Origin: Pocillopora damicornis
Lineage: Eukaryota
Length of the DNA: 64,000 nucleotides
Direction: 5' to 3'
Assembly: GCF_003704095.1 (NCBI RefSeq)
Contig: NW_020846189.1
Span: 186,001-250,000, forward strand
The notes beneath the pieces are model-generated. The model searched no databases. It saw only the letters and a program-made list of their open reading frames with translations, and was not told the origin of the DNA. The position numbers and the translations under genes were made by a program. Positions 1-12,300 of this stretch are shown here, piece by piece; the first letter of the stretch is position 1, and every line of letters starts with the position of its first letter.

Positions 1-165
1 CAAAACTTCGTAAAGCAGAGCTACAAGCTCAAGTGGCAGCAGAGAAGGAACCACCCCTGTCTGATGTGGAGGGTACGTGTGCAACGCGTGAGAGGGGCCA
101 GGAAGCTTCATGGAAGGTTGGAGAGAAAACTTTGTAATTGGATATGTCACATTGTTAATTACATC

Positions 166-448
166 TGTAGGCGTAAACCAAGGAGTTGAGCCAAGGGTCA
201 GGAAGCGAGGGTGCTGCAGCCCTCAGGAATGAAAGCTTGAAAAGGTTTCCGAGTTAATGCTGATGTATGTGCGTAAACACTCCCTGCATGTTTACTTGAT
301 GGCCTAAACTTTCCAATTAAGTCTCTATTAAGTCAATTATTCTATCAGTGGTTATAGAAGTAGTTTCTCATAAATTTAGCATCGTGTGAAGTGTGTCATT
401 TATATCTGCTCTTCTTCTGAGGAAACTGACGTTGGCACGCCTACTACA
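166..448. mobile_element. Probable solo LTR (283 bp)
   Basis: TG...CA ends with inverted termini TGTAGGCGT / ACGCCTAC(TA)CA, flanked by near-identical 5-mers acatc (161-165) and acagc (449-453). Confidence 0.5.
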
Positions 449-1295
449 ACAGCAAAACACAAACAAAGCTCTCTTACTGTGTAAAATTCGAGGCCATTAA
501 GCTACTTTATCTCTTATTTATCTTGCCAAAACTGAAGAGTGAACTTCAGACTAACGAGAGAACTAGATTTGTTTTACAAGAGTTACAAATCGATTGAAAA
601 TTTATCATGGAACTTTTCATCAAAAACGGCTTGACACAACAAACGAAGCAAACGAAGGCTAAGACTTTTGATTTTTGTGTTGTCTCGGAAAACAACTGCT
701 ACTTTAAGAACGACCATTTTGCGAATTTCCTCTCTGAAAATTGATTGAAGACTAGAGGTGATCCCTGCAAGTCCTCTTTCGCCTCGCCAAGAGCTATTAC
801 GGACATAGAACAATGCCTCGTATTGTTCTTTTAACACCTCAAGAATTCATAGGCGCTCTGTTTGAACAGAGTTCGGCCTCTGCATTATGTCTTTACACAC
901 TTTGGAGGGATTCAGTTTCAGATCTACGGATTGTTTGGATCTCATGCGTTTTTCTTCTTATTTTAAAATGCGAGAAAGGCTTGAGAGCTTTTCCTGACTC
1001 TGGAGAAAAGGTGTTATGGAATTATCTAGTAATTAATCTATGTATGATGATTCCAAATTTTAAATTACTTCTAATACTTTCAATAGATGTGGGAATTATT
1101 TTTTGGCGTTTTTGGTTTTCATGCTGTTTGGGTGTGTTTGAACCCTGAGTTCAACACGCCTTTTCGTGTGATATTTTTGCAGGGGGAAAAGACGTATATG
1201 AAGGAACCCCTATGTCCGGCCATGTGGCAAAATACGGCTGGACCAATTCATAACCGATCAGAACGCTCTGATTTACTCCAGGACTACCTTGCAAT

Positions 1296-2027
1296 ATAAT
1301 AAATTGCATATAATTGTACATACCACACAAGTGAATAGCGCTTTTCGCGCGCGCTGCTTGGCTAATTCGGAAGTTGATATCAAGTACTGGACACCTCCGA
1401 GCAGCCGATGAGACAAAATCGCGCGTCAAGAGTTTAATTTCCGAACATTTTTCGGTATTTTCGTAGAAAAGGTTGTGGTTACTCTCCTGTTGTTCTGGAG
1501 TTTCTTCTAAAAATTAAAATAAAAAAAAATTTTAAAAAAGTAAAATAAAAAAGAGGAAAATTCTTCTAATAGAAATTCCAGAAGCGTGAATGCCCACGAT
1601 CAAAAAACACAACAACAGGAGAGCCGTGCGACAGCGGACCGCCGAGGGAGCAAATCACTGAGTGAACAGCAAGGATCGAAATGCACCAATCAGAGCTGTT
1701 GCAAAACAACTAATCAGAGCAGAGAATCATGCTTTATAAGATCACGCATGACCAGTCGACCTCATCGCCTGAAGAAGACTAGCCGACTAGCCAGTCGAAA
1801 CGTCGCGATCTACATCACACGTGACTACATCTGGAGACAAACGAAAAACTTAGCTTTTATTTTTCGGCATATTGAAAGAGATAAACTATTTTGTATCTGT
1901 GTAGTAAACACTGAGACAATTATTCACCTCAGCGCCGTTGAAAGTGATAGATATTCACCTCAGCACCGTTGAAAGTGATAGATATTCACCTCGTAGCTTC
2001 GCTTAATATCCACCACTACTCACCGGC
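1296..2027. mobile_element. Degenerate interspersed repeat interrupted by an LTR-like insert (1474-1829), with an internal 31-bp tandem duplication (1920-1991)
   Basis: ATTTTTCGGYAT occurs on both sides of the insert. Insert ends are TGTGGTTAC...GTGACTACA, followed by PBS-like TCTGG. The unit ATATTCACCTCAGCRCCGTTGAAAGTGATAG occurs twice plus a partial copy. Family assignment is from pattern memory only. Confidence 0.4.
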
Positions 2028-2758
2028 AAAATCATTTGAGCTGAAGCCCAACAGGTGCTAGGCCTTTCCTTATAAGCAGCGAGACGTTTACACCATGAAT
2101 TGTTTTCATTTATGAGTTATAAATGTGCTCTAATTCCAGGTCATGTCATCGCTTGCTCCTGCTATGGTCACAACACCAAGAATATTGGACATGGATATCA
2201 ATCGCAGCCGTGATGTAGCTAAGGAGTAAGTTCATCAGTGCTCGTGCAAATAGAGCTTAGAACGGTCGCTCGTAATACTTTGTTAAGAGTGGCGTTGTTT
2301 AACTTGTAAAAAGTGAAGGGATAACCAAATCTCACGGTTGTTACGATATCTAAACAAGAATGACTTCATTTTTTTTATGCCAAGGGTAGACACTGTTTGA
2401 TGATAAAATTTAAAGAATAATCACTCGATTGGTACCTGTTGTAGTCCAAACTTTTTCTTGCTTTGAAATTTCTTCCAAGTTGACAGATAAATTCTGTATA
2501 GACTGCTACTGACTGAGGAAACATGTTAAACCATCTATAATTCCTTTGAAAAGAATTGAAGGATGAACATGTGGACAGATGTTCAGTTCTCCATGCTCTA
2601 GATTCTATACGAATTTTAACCCATACAATTTATTTTCACCTATCACGTTTTCATTACAAACATCTTTCACCTGTAATTAAGTATAATTGTTGAAAAAGAA
2701 ACGATCATGCTTCACTACGAGTGTATTGACATAATGAATGACGGCAATCTTCTCTAAG

Positions 2759-2960
2759 TGAAGAAATGATCCTTGCAGGTAATCATTTTTTCCCCTCTCC
2801 CAACGTGTAGCTTCGTGGCTCGGATGGTAGTAACGCCCAACTAATGTCTTATCTGGGAGGCACGGGTTCTTACCTGGATTTTTTCAGGCTTCTTTGTAGC
2901 TATTTCTTTAATCAATTTGCAACTCATGTTAGATTATCTTTTTTCCTATGTATTTTATCT
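2759..2960 (+). mobile_element. Degenerate tRNA-derived SINE-like repeat
   Basis: A-box-like TGGCTCGGATGG (2816-2827), B-box-like GGGTTCTTACC (2864-2874), then TTTTTTCAGGCT shared with the copy at 28.1 kb. No intact cloverleaf. Confidence 0.5.
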
Positions 2961-3741
2961 ATAGGTTAAAAAACTTATTCATGAAAATCGCGCCCTTTTT
3001 TAACAGCATCTTCTACCATTATTTTTTTTAGAATTTTGACCAATGTAAGCGAAGCTTCAACGACGTCCAAATCCGTCAGCATTCCTCCAATGAGGTTTTT
3101 CCCTATGCTTTATGGTTACTACAAACAGCCTCACACCGGAATCCGTAGAACGAGAAGCGAACCTGCTCAATCGCGAAAAAAATCTGTAAAGAGCTTCCAA
3201 TCCAGAGAAACATTTCTTCCTCCGATAGCTACACTTTATCCTGAGAACGACCAGACACAGGATTCTTAATTATTCAGAAAAAAATTTTAAAACTGCGATT
3301 TGGATTTCGTGAAAACATAGAAACATGTAAAATAAAATTTTCTTTAGTCGTTGCAGACTTTTGTTGAATAAATGAAGATATACCTGTTTATTGAAGAATA
3401 AAGGACAACAGTCCTAAAATTTTTGTTTGAACAGTTCTGACAAAACGCTTTAAAATAAATACATTTTTAAACTATGTAGTTACAGTACCCCACCCCTTTT
3501 TGGTACCTCATCATCTTTGGACCCGGATTGAAGTTGTGACATCTGTGGCACATGGGAGATGTCTTGGTGTGATCACTATATTGAATTAAAGCTTGCAGCC
3601 AAATGTTACTAGTGAAACGAGCCTTTTCCGTTCGACAAGGAGAATGATTCCTACTAGAGCCACTTGTTAGCGGAGGTATGCAGTCCCGCGAGTGGAAATT
3701 GTCGCCTTTTCATTGTTTATTCTGTCTCACGCCGAGGGTGG

Positions 3742-3819
3742 CTCATGGCCACCTTGGAGGAGTGTGCCTCATGGCCACCTTGGAGGAGTGTACCTCATGG
3801 CCACCTTGGAGGAGTGTGC
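3742..3819. repeat. Minisatellite, 3 x 26 bp
   Basis: CTCATGGCCACCTTGGAGGAGTGTRC at 3742, 3768 and 3794; one mismatch, no spacers. Confidence 0.95.
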
Positions 3820-5933
3820 CTTTGCAATTCATTCAAGCTACTTCTTGAAACTTAAAGGAAGATCCGAGACTGATTATTGTGAAATGGCCAATCAAACGTA
3901 TTTTGAAGTCAAAGTATCCTTCGAAAGGTTACTCTTTTATCAATTTTGTTTTCAACTGCCCATTATTAGGCAGCTCACTTTACCATCTACCTATCACGGA
4001 ATCGATATGAGCGAGTAGCGTAACCAATCAGATCAAGATGCAGCATTTGTGATAGGACACTAGTAGATTAACCATACTTGTTTAAGCTAGTCACATTTCC
4101 CGTGCATTTGAGAAATTAGTTTTACTTGCAATTTTCTATAAAAAAAAAAGATGTGTCAGGGGGAAATGCCTCAATCCAAATAGATACCATGGCCACGGGT
4201 TACCGATAAAGCAAAGCTAACGACGACAGTTTCGTTCACATTCATTCCTTCAGCGAGGTCAGTGTGCGGAGTAAAACCATCTTATACAAAAATATTAAGC
4301 AACAATCAACATTATTTTCTTCAAGGAAGTAATGGTGAATAAAAGCCCTCAACATTTTCAGCGAAAACTATGAATTGTTGCAATAGCTGACAAAAGGAAA
4401 TAGTTTGTGACGCACGTGGTAAAAAAGAAAAAAAAATTCGCCTGCGAAAGACTTTTACGCCGACCTCCGTGGTAAGTTAGACTTGTTTATTTTTCTCGGA
4501 AAAGAGACAGTTCTCGTCGTCGGAATATGCATCTTTTTCCAATTGAGTTATAGATTAATTCTCCTTATTTCACCTGCTGACAAGAGTGAACTGAAAGATT
4601 CACTAGCAGAAAGAAAGAACGGGAGGAGAATCTTTTTTGAAACTCGAGTTTTTAGTGCAAAGAATACTTAAACTTATACTAAGATTGAAAACTAACCTTC
4701 TAGTTTCGCATCACGAGTAGCAAATGATTGCAAAGATGATGGTGAGAGCTCTAAAAGCGCGCGTCTTCGATTTGAAACGATACTTTTTTCTTCTCTAGTG
4801 AAAGCGTATACCAATGCCTTTACTGCGAAAACGAGCGAAGTAAAGAAATGACGTCACAGTAACAATTTATGACTCAAGTCGCGCGAGCCAGTAATTGCTA
4901 GACTTGGTCCCATGCCCCCTAAATCCAGATTATTTTATCCCATGATTTTTCAATTTACTCAACAAAACAACTTGTTCCTGATTGGTCAATGCCTGGTACA
5001 TTGAGTTAAGAGTGCAATTTGTTCTTTCCGTATCACCTTGTGTCGAAATGTACGATAACCTGTGGAGCATTCGGACAGGAATATTATAGTCGGAAGGGTA
5101 GCCTTGAACGTGTGTCTTTAATTATAGCGCGTGCTACTTGATTTCAGGTACGTTTGGAACTACTTCAAGCTTCAAGTAAAATGTGGTGTCGTTGCATAAC
5201 AATCAATGCATAGAACACGCAAATCTAGAACAAATTCTAACGTGTGTGTTGCAATAATTATAACTATCTGAAATTATATCTGACAAGTTCTTTCATAGTT
5301 TTAAACCTCAACGAGCAACAACCGTCCTTGGTCATTTTCGCTAATTCCCAACCCCAGGCAATTTTGACCCAGAAGAAGGGATAACTAGGGTTTTAAGACT
5401 TACTCTGGAGTCAAGATTGAAAGCTTTTAGGTCTTTTCTAATCATAGGAAGTTTGACCAATGCAGGTCTAAATTGTTCATTCATCGGTGGGTGAATGAAA
5501 AATTATGGCAGAATTAGCACTTTCACTGCCTGCTCCCCGGACGGGCCCTGAAACTCAACCAACCCAAGAAACCAGAAGAGTCAATCCCGAAACAGCCACA
5601 GCCCTGCAAATGCGACAGAATCCCATATAAAAAGTCGAATGACAATGGCCCATTGCAAATTTCTTTTCATGCTTGATACATGTATGTCTCAAAGGCAACA
5701 ACAAAAAAGAAAAAAAGCACTTTGGAATATTTAATTGGCCATCCAAGTCCTGTCCCTGTCGAACTCCAGGCTTCACACACGTGGCGGCGTTCAGAGAAAT
5801 AGAAGAGGAGAATATTATGCGCGCACCAGACGCGAAGGTTCAAATCTAGCGATCGCGAAAACACGAATCAAAGAGCTATTGATTTTAACAAGCAGTACTT
5901 TATTATCTCATCTTTTGATGGAATAAGACAGAT

Positions 5934-8900
5934 TTACGATGACGTAGTTTGTCGTGGTCCAACACCACCTCCTGGACGCTGCCCTTGAGGATTGTCAGGC
6001 TAAAATAATAAGAAAAAAGAAACAATAAATCAAACAAAAACAAAAATCCTGGTGTTCAGTAATTTGCAATTGTTCAAGTCATGTTTCATCTATCTGAAAC
6101 TTTAAAAGTGTCATGAAACAATAACAATGCAGAGTAATTTTTTAATAGTCAATTCTCTCTCAACAAAACTCTTACTAGAGGCCCAAGGGTTCATCCATAA
6201 ATTAAGCTCAAGATAATTAATTATGCTTTTTGTAGGAAGACAAAGTTTCTTNNNNNNNNNNNNNNNNNNNNNNNNGGGGTGGGAGAAGGGAGACTTGTTA
6301 GTTGGAATGTTCAGTAACAGTTTGCTTACAACTAAATAGCAAGACTTAGAGAGACAAGAATAGCTGTAAGAGCTGGAGATTACTCCACATAAAGTAAATG
6401 ACAAACTCGACATACAGGTATATCGGTTCTTTTTGTTGTAAAATGTCACAAGGACCTGCTTGAAATGTCTCATTTTTGAAGGTATCCATCCTAGAGGTAT
6501 TGCTTGAGGTAGAACAGCAATAGATACTTACCCTACGTGGGAACCTTGGAGGAGGGACCCTGATTTTTCTGTTTTCCTTGGAACGATTCCTCACAACCTT
6601 GGAGTGAATTGCACAGCTGACACAGTAGTGAAGCTTCACATACAGTTTGGGAAGAGCATACACTGAAAAAATAATTTCAAATGAAGTCACCAGTGTTTTG
6701 GCAGAATTTGTCAAGAAATTTTACCACTTTACCACTTGTTCTGGATTATGGTCCTTACAGATCAAGTCTACAGCTAAAGTATACACCAAACCATCAAACC
6801 ACCAAACCAATTGACAGAATTTTTATTTTGAGTTTATTTGTCTTTTAAAATTTTGCATCAGGATTTGATTTAGGGGTCCAGTCTCAAATGATGAATAAAC
6901 AGTTACTACTGACTAAATGTCAGTTGACAGGGTAACAAATGCAACAGGAACATTGTTGCATGCCAAAGGCTTTCCTTGTAGTCTGTGAAAAGTTCATAAA
7001 CCACTGCAGTCTAGAAGGAGATCAGTTGTGTGGTGCTGCCACATAATCTAACATCATTTTGGTATCATTGCTCAGGTGAATAAAAAGATGCAAGCCATCT
7101 GATTGGTCTCACAATACTTCCTACATTGTTGTATCTCCCTATAATCAACTAGCAAGAGATAATTATTCCAGGGGTTTTAATCTTTCAGAGCACACTGGCA
7201 GCAATTGGTTTTATGCTGGTCATTCTAAGCCATTTAAAACTTTCTAGCCGACAAACATTGACTTGACTACTACAACTTCTACAGTTTAGTTCAGTTTTCA
7301 CTTTTGCCAAGTGCAGATTACAGATTGACCAAGTGATCTAAGCACAAGACCCTATGCATCTGTTCTTTAATGTGTGACAGGTTGGGAGTGAAGAAATAGA
7401 CCACAATTTGGGTTTTTTTTTTTCATAATCACCTGAGGAATGAAACACTGAAACTACTGTTCCCCTAATGGCAAATGAATATGGTTGATCCACTTTGCCT
7501 TCCATGAAAACTTTTCAATTGTGTTTTTAATAGTCTTTGTTAGTATGAGCCTTTAAAGTGTGATGGAAGTGGTGATAACAATAACTTGGAAGCCACAAAA
7601 AAAGAAAGTGACCAAGGCAATGCCATGGATGTCTCAAGTGCAAAAAAGGAAACAAAAAACACTAATACATATTAAGGTTTGAGAAAGACTGTATGATCCT
7701 TGTTAGCATTTGAAATACATGAAAATGTAACACACTGTTTTATAGTTTTTCAACCTGGAAAACCTGGAAAAGAGCCTAAATATTCCATAGGAAGTTGTTC
7801 CTGGAATAGCTGGATATAGCAGTAACACAATTTCAAACTCTGTGTACAAAAATATATAAATTTATCTAACTTCACCTGTTTTTCTGTAACAGTCTATAAA
7901 GTTGCTAGTATGTCATTTCAGAACATCTTTAAAAGAAGAAAAATTCAATATTTAAAAAAAATTTACATAACAATCTCACCTTCATACACACTGGCATCAG
8001 CTATATCCCTGACTGCAGCTGCCTCCACAATATTCCTAATGACAAATTTCTTTATAGCCTTGTCCTTTGGGACACAACGTGCACAGTTTGTGCAACGAAC
8101 AAACTTGACATGCCCGCGGCCATGCTTGGAACGTCCACAATTACGCCTCTTCTGGGTCTAAATAATACAAAGCAAAAAACACTTGAAGTAAGAATTTCTC
8201 CCATAAAGGAGGAATAATCCATCATTCACACTAATATAATACTGCAATTATTGAAATATGACGCATGCAAGATGTTTAGTGAGTAAGAAAGAATCATAAA
8301 TGTTGCTCATGGTTAGGCTTTTTGAGCCCTATTAAACCTTTCCAAGTGCCTCATATTCCAGTGAATATATAGACACAAGAATCAATGGCTTCAAAATGTT
8401 TTCTACAGTATGGTGTAGATGTTACACAAAGAGAAATTCCCATCGCAATCTTTCACTACAAACACACACTCATGGGTGTGCAAATGTGTGTATAAAGCAA
8501 TTTAATATGTTCACGAAGATTTACCAGCTCTATTACAACAAAAGTGAAATAAAGATACCAAACAGCACGTTTTGTCATTGTTAATCATTCAGTCTAAATT
8601 CGAGTTAATATGGTATGGATAGTTGTGAGAAGAATTCATACACATTCTTATAGCCCAGGAAGTAAATGCCTTGTGTACCTCTGATGCCCTCATTTTCAGT
8701 CAAATTAACAATTGAAATTTGATCAGTACAACTAATAAAACATCAGGCCCTAGAATGTTCAAAACAAAATATATCTGTATCATCGACTTCTGAAGCAGTT
8801 TTATCTGTAACACTAACCTACGAAACTAACACACACTTATGCACACAATACCAAGTATAGCCGCATCGTTTGGCTAACAGAATATCTTTTAGAACTCTTT

Positions 8901-9190
8901 TTTTAATTGAGAAGTTATATGAAGATGGGAATGGGCTATATTATTCTCCAACGATCGAGAATATGACTTCAAGCTACCAAGGTAAGTGACAACGTGGTTT
9001 TACATCCACACGACAAATCAACTTGAACAGCAAAAATTTTCCCTTTCTCAGTGAAGATGTGATGAAATGTAAAGAAATGGGGTGAGGAAATGCCTAAAAT
9101 ATACAGCATGCTCTTTGAACTAGGCTGAACCTTGATATAACCATGAAAATTCCTCAAAATTTCAGTTACAAATCACAAAGGGCTCACCAT
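5934..9190 (-). CDS. RPS26: 40S ribosomal protein S26 (eS26), 4 exons, 125 aa
   Basis: Exons 9190-9188 (ATG only, then gtgag), 8157-7980, 6662-6532, 5999-5934, all GT-AG. Spliced product [125 protein letters not shown] is clearly eS26 (zinc-binding CxxC pairs). AATAAA on minus strand at 5904-5899. Confidence 0.97.
6252..6275. other. Assembly gap (24 N) in RPS26 intron 3
   Basis: Run of n characters. Confidence 0.99.
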
Positions 9191-9321
9191 TTTGATCTCA
9201 GGGAGAGGAAAGAGACCACTCACATGGAGCCCCTTATATTTGTGTAGGGCCGCCCCAGAATTATCTAATGTAATCGCGGGCTCGCGCAATAATTTCGTCA
9301 TTCACGTGGTTTTCGAACAAA
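9191..9321. promoter_or_regulatory. Compact bidirectional promoter and 5' UTRs of RPS26 / PHB1
   Basis: 131 bp between divergent ATGs. Minus-strand polypyrimidine CTCTTTCCTCTCCC (9214-9201; TCT initiator / 5'TOP) with TATA-like TATAAG about 25 bp upstream (9238-9233). E-box CACGTG at 9303-9308. CpG-rich core 9247-9290. Confidence 0.8.
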
Positions 9322-12300
9322 ATGGCTGCATCTTTCCTCAACAGGCTCGGAATATTGGGTATGGGTATCGCCTGTGTCGGCGGTGTTGTCAACACAGCCC
9401 TTTTCAACGGTAATATGAATTTTTACTTTGAGAATTGCTCGCATGCTGAGTCTCAGTTTCGATCGGTCGAACTTTAAGAAGCTGATGAGTGCGTTTGACA
9501 ACTGATATAGCTCGAGTATTTTAACATCTTAGGAATACAACTGAGTTGGTACGTTTGATTTGAAACTCTATTCGGAACTTTTTCAAGGAATCTGATCCGT
9601 TAGCTGCTAGAACTAAAACTGCTCAATTTTATCCTTTCCTTGCTTCGTTTGAACCCACAATCAGTACTTCAGCTTTAGCATTAGGATGTTAGGATGGGCT
9701 AGTTTGCTTCTTGGACAGCACCAGTTAAAGCAGCACGTGCATGAAAGTTTTAAGGTGATTTATATGTTTGAAGAACTTTTCCGAAGAGTTTGTGAGAAAG
9801 GTTATCCTGACAATTCTTTTTGAAATAATTTGTTTTACATCAAGTTACATAAGCTTTGTTGGTCAATTGGCTAGTATCAGGCTCCTTTATCTCAGCAAAT
9901 GCCTGGCTGATTGCATAAAGGTTTGTACAAACTCTGTATGCAATTTTCTAGTGATTGTTATCAAGATGGCTTAATCAAGAGATCTCCATCATTGAATTTA
10001 AGAACCGGCAACATTGATCTTACATTTCACATTTCAAACTTTTTTATTCAGTAAATTTTCAGATTATCAGTATTACATTGGCTGATCCACTAATAGCCAT
10101 AGCTAGTCTAAGATGGGTCAATAGTTAAGATTGAGGTAGCTAACTAAACTATTTAAGTTAAATTTCAGTGCCTAAACCAATTGTTCATTTGTTGTACTCT
10201 TTAGTTGAAGGAGGTCATAGAGCTGTACTGTTTGATCGATTTCAAGGAGTGAAACCTGAGGTAACAGGTGAAGGAACTCATTTTCTCATTCCTTGGGTGC
10301 AGAAACCAATTATATTTGACATCCGCAGTCGACCTAGAAATGTCGCTGTAACAACAGGAAGTAAAGGTAATGATAAATTTGTAGATAGTACACAATATAA
10401 GTGGAACTACTTGAGAGTGGAAGAAGTATATCTACAAGTTATTCTATTTCTAATCTGGACATAAATTCTTCTTGCAGATTTACAGAATGTCAATATTACT
10501 TTAAGAATTCTGTTTCGACCTCAGCCACATATTTTGCCCAAGTTGTACATGAATCTTGGGGAAGATTATGATGAGCGTGTTCTTCCTTCCATCATCAATG
10601 AAGTGCTAAAGGCTGTGGTGGTGAGTAAACAGAGATTTCCTGCTTAAATCACTATTTCATTTCTAGAAACAATCAATTTATAAATTCTTCTTATAGCATG
10701 AATACATTGTCAAGTTGGAAGTTACTGGTAATGAGAATAAAGAAAATCATGAACTAAGGGAAATTGCCCTGATATAACTTCCATTCTTTTGAGAAAGTTA
10801 CAAGAGAAAATACCATTTGGTCATTAGTTGGTACAAGTGGTTATCAGATTTTGGAAGTGAGGGGGATAGAATATTATTTGAAGTTAAATGATAATTTCAG
10901 GTCAAGGTGATTTTTAACCAGTTTTATATGTTGTTGACACAGAAAAATACTTAACAGGTTTGTATGAACTTCAGTATACACAGTATTAGTGTATAAGATA
11001 TATTTACAGCTCCCCAAGCACTTCACGTCAGTGGTTATCTTTTTCCTAGTCTGATTACCCAAATTGTTTGGCTCCAGAAGTAAAATGTCCTTTCTTCCTT
11101 AGTTCAGTTATGGATAGTTATTTAACACAAGTGGATGGTGAAAAACATAAAGTTTCCATGGGCAAATTGACTGCTGTGGAAAATTTTGAGAAGCTGACAT
11201 TTTCAGCATTAGCCTTTTTCAAAATTTTTGCAAAGTGTGTGATTGTGGTCATTTTAGGCAGTAGTATGAGTGTTTTTACTTGTCTTTTAATACTTAACAG
11301 GCCCAGTTTGATGCTGGAGAGCTCATAACACAGAGAGAAGTGGTAAGCGTCATTGTTTTGAATGAAGATACTTGTAGGCAGAGAAATATTCCAAGAGCCA
11401 AAGATATGCAGTCTTTAAAAACATTTTTAAAAATTATTTTATCAAATGCAGATTTTTTTTAGGGGGGTGGGGGGTGTGGGATGTTAGGAAGTGTTTGGAA
11501 ATTCAACTTGGCAGTGGAAACATTGCAGTCAAGACTATTGCTTAGCCTGACTCTCACACTGTGAGACAAACAAGTAAATGTTTATTTGTCTATAAAACCA
11601 TAATGAACAACGACATTTCTAAGGGTTTTTTGTGGTTCTCATTCATGTTAGTATTTTGAAGACCTGGAAACCTACATGTAACATTTTACATTCTGCATTC
11701 AATTTGCTGTAATTTATTGATAGTTATTAATAAACAAATATGATTTCAATTGCAGGTTTCACAAAAAGTGCAGGATCTACTGACGGAGCGAGCTGCAAGT
11801 TTTGGGCTTATTTTAGATGATATATCTTTGGTGAGGTCTTGCTTTTATGTAAAATTCTAAGAACTAAATAACGTACAGATTGTCAACATACATAACTTAA
11901 TGTATTTTTCCTTTCAACAACATTATCATATTTGTTATTCAAAGGTGATAACAGATCTGTTAAAAAAACTGTCATGCTTTGTTGCAAGGATCTACAATCT
12001 TCAATTATAATTCACATTGATAACTTTTTGATGTTGAAATTAAATCTGAATGAGGCACTATTTCTATTTCAGACACATTTAACTTTTGGCAAAGAGTTTA
12101 CAGAAGCTGTGGAAATGAAACAAGTTGGTGAGTAACTTATGACAAAGTTGGTAATTCTCGGCTGGCAAAGTTGGCAATTCTTGGCAAGAATGCTGTAGAC
12201 TTTTTTTGTGAGAAGTAGGAAGTTCAATTTTTAATATTTATGTGTGTGAAGATCTTTCAGGAATAACCCCTTCATCAGTTCCAGCAATTATTGCCAAATG

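Noticed and set aside
583-1972. Short ORFs in the first 2 kb
   Set aside because: No recognisable domain or consistent splice chain; several lie within repeats.
3742-3819. CRISPR-like direct repeats
   Set aside because: Units are contiguous with no spacers, there are no cas genes and the context is eukaryotic; it is a minisatellite.
6000-9187. C/D snoRNAs in RPS26 introns
   Set aside because: The TGATGA motifs seen (about 6889 and 9060) are antisense to RPS26; no sense-strand C/D pair with a terminal stem was found.
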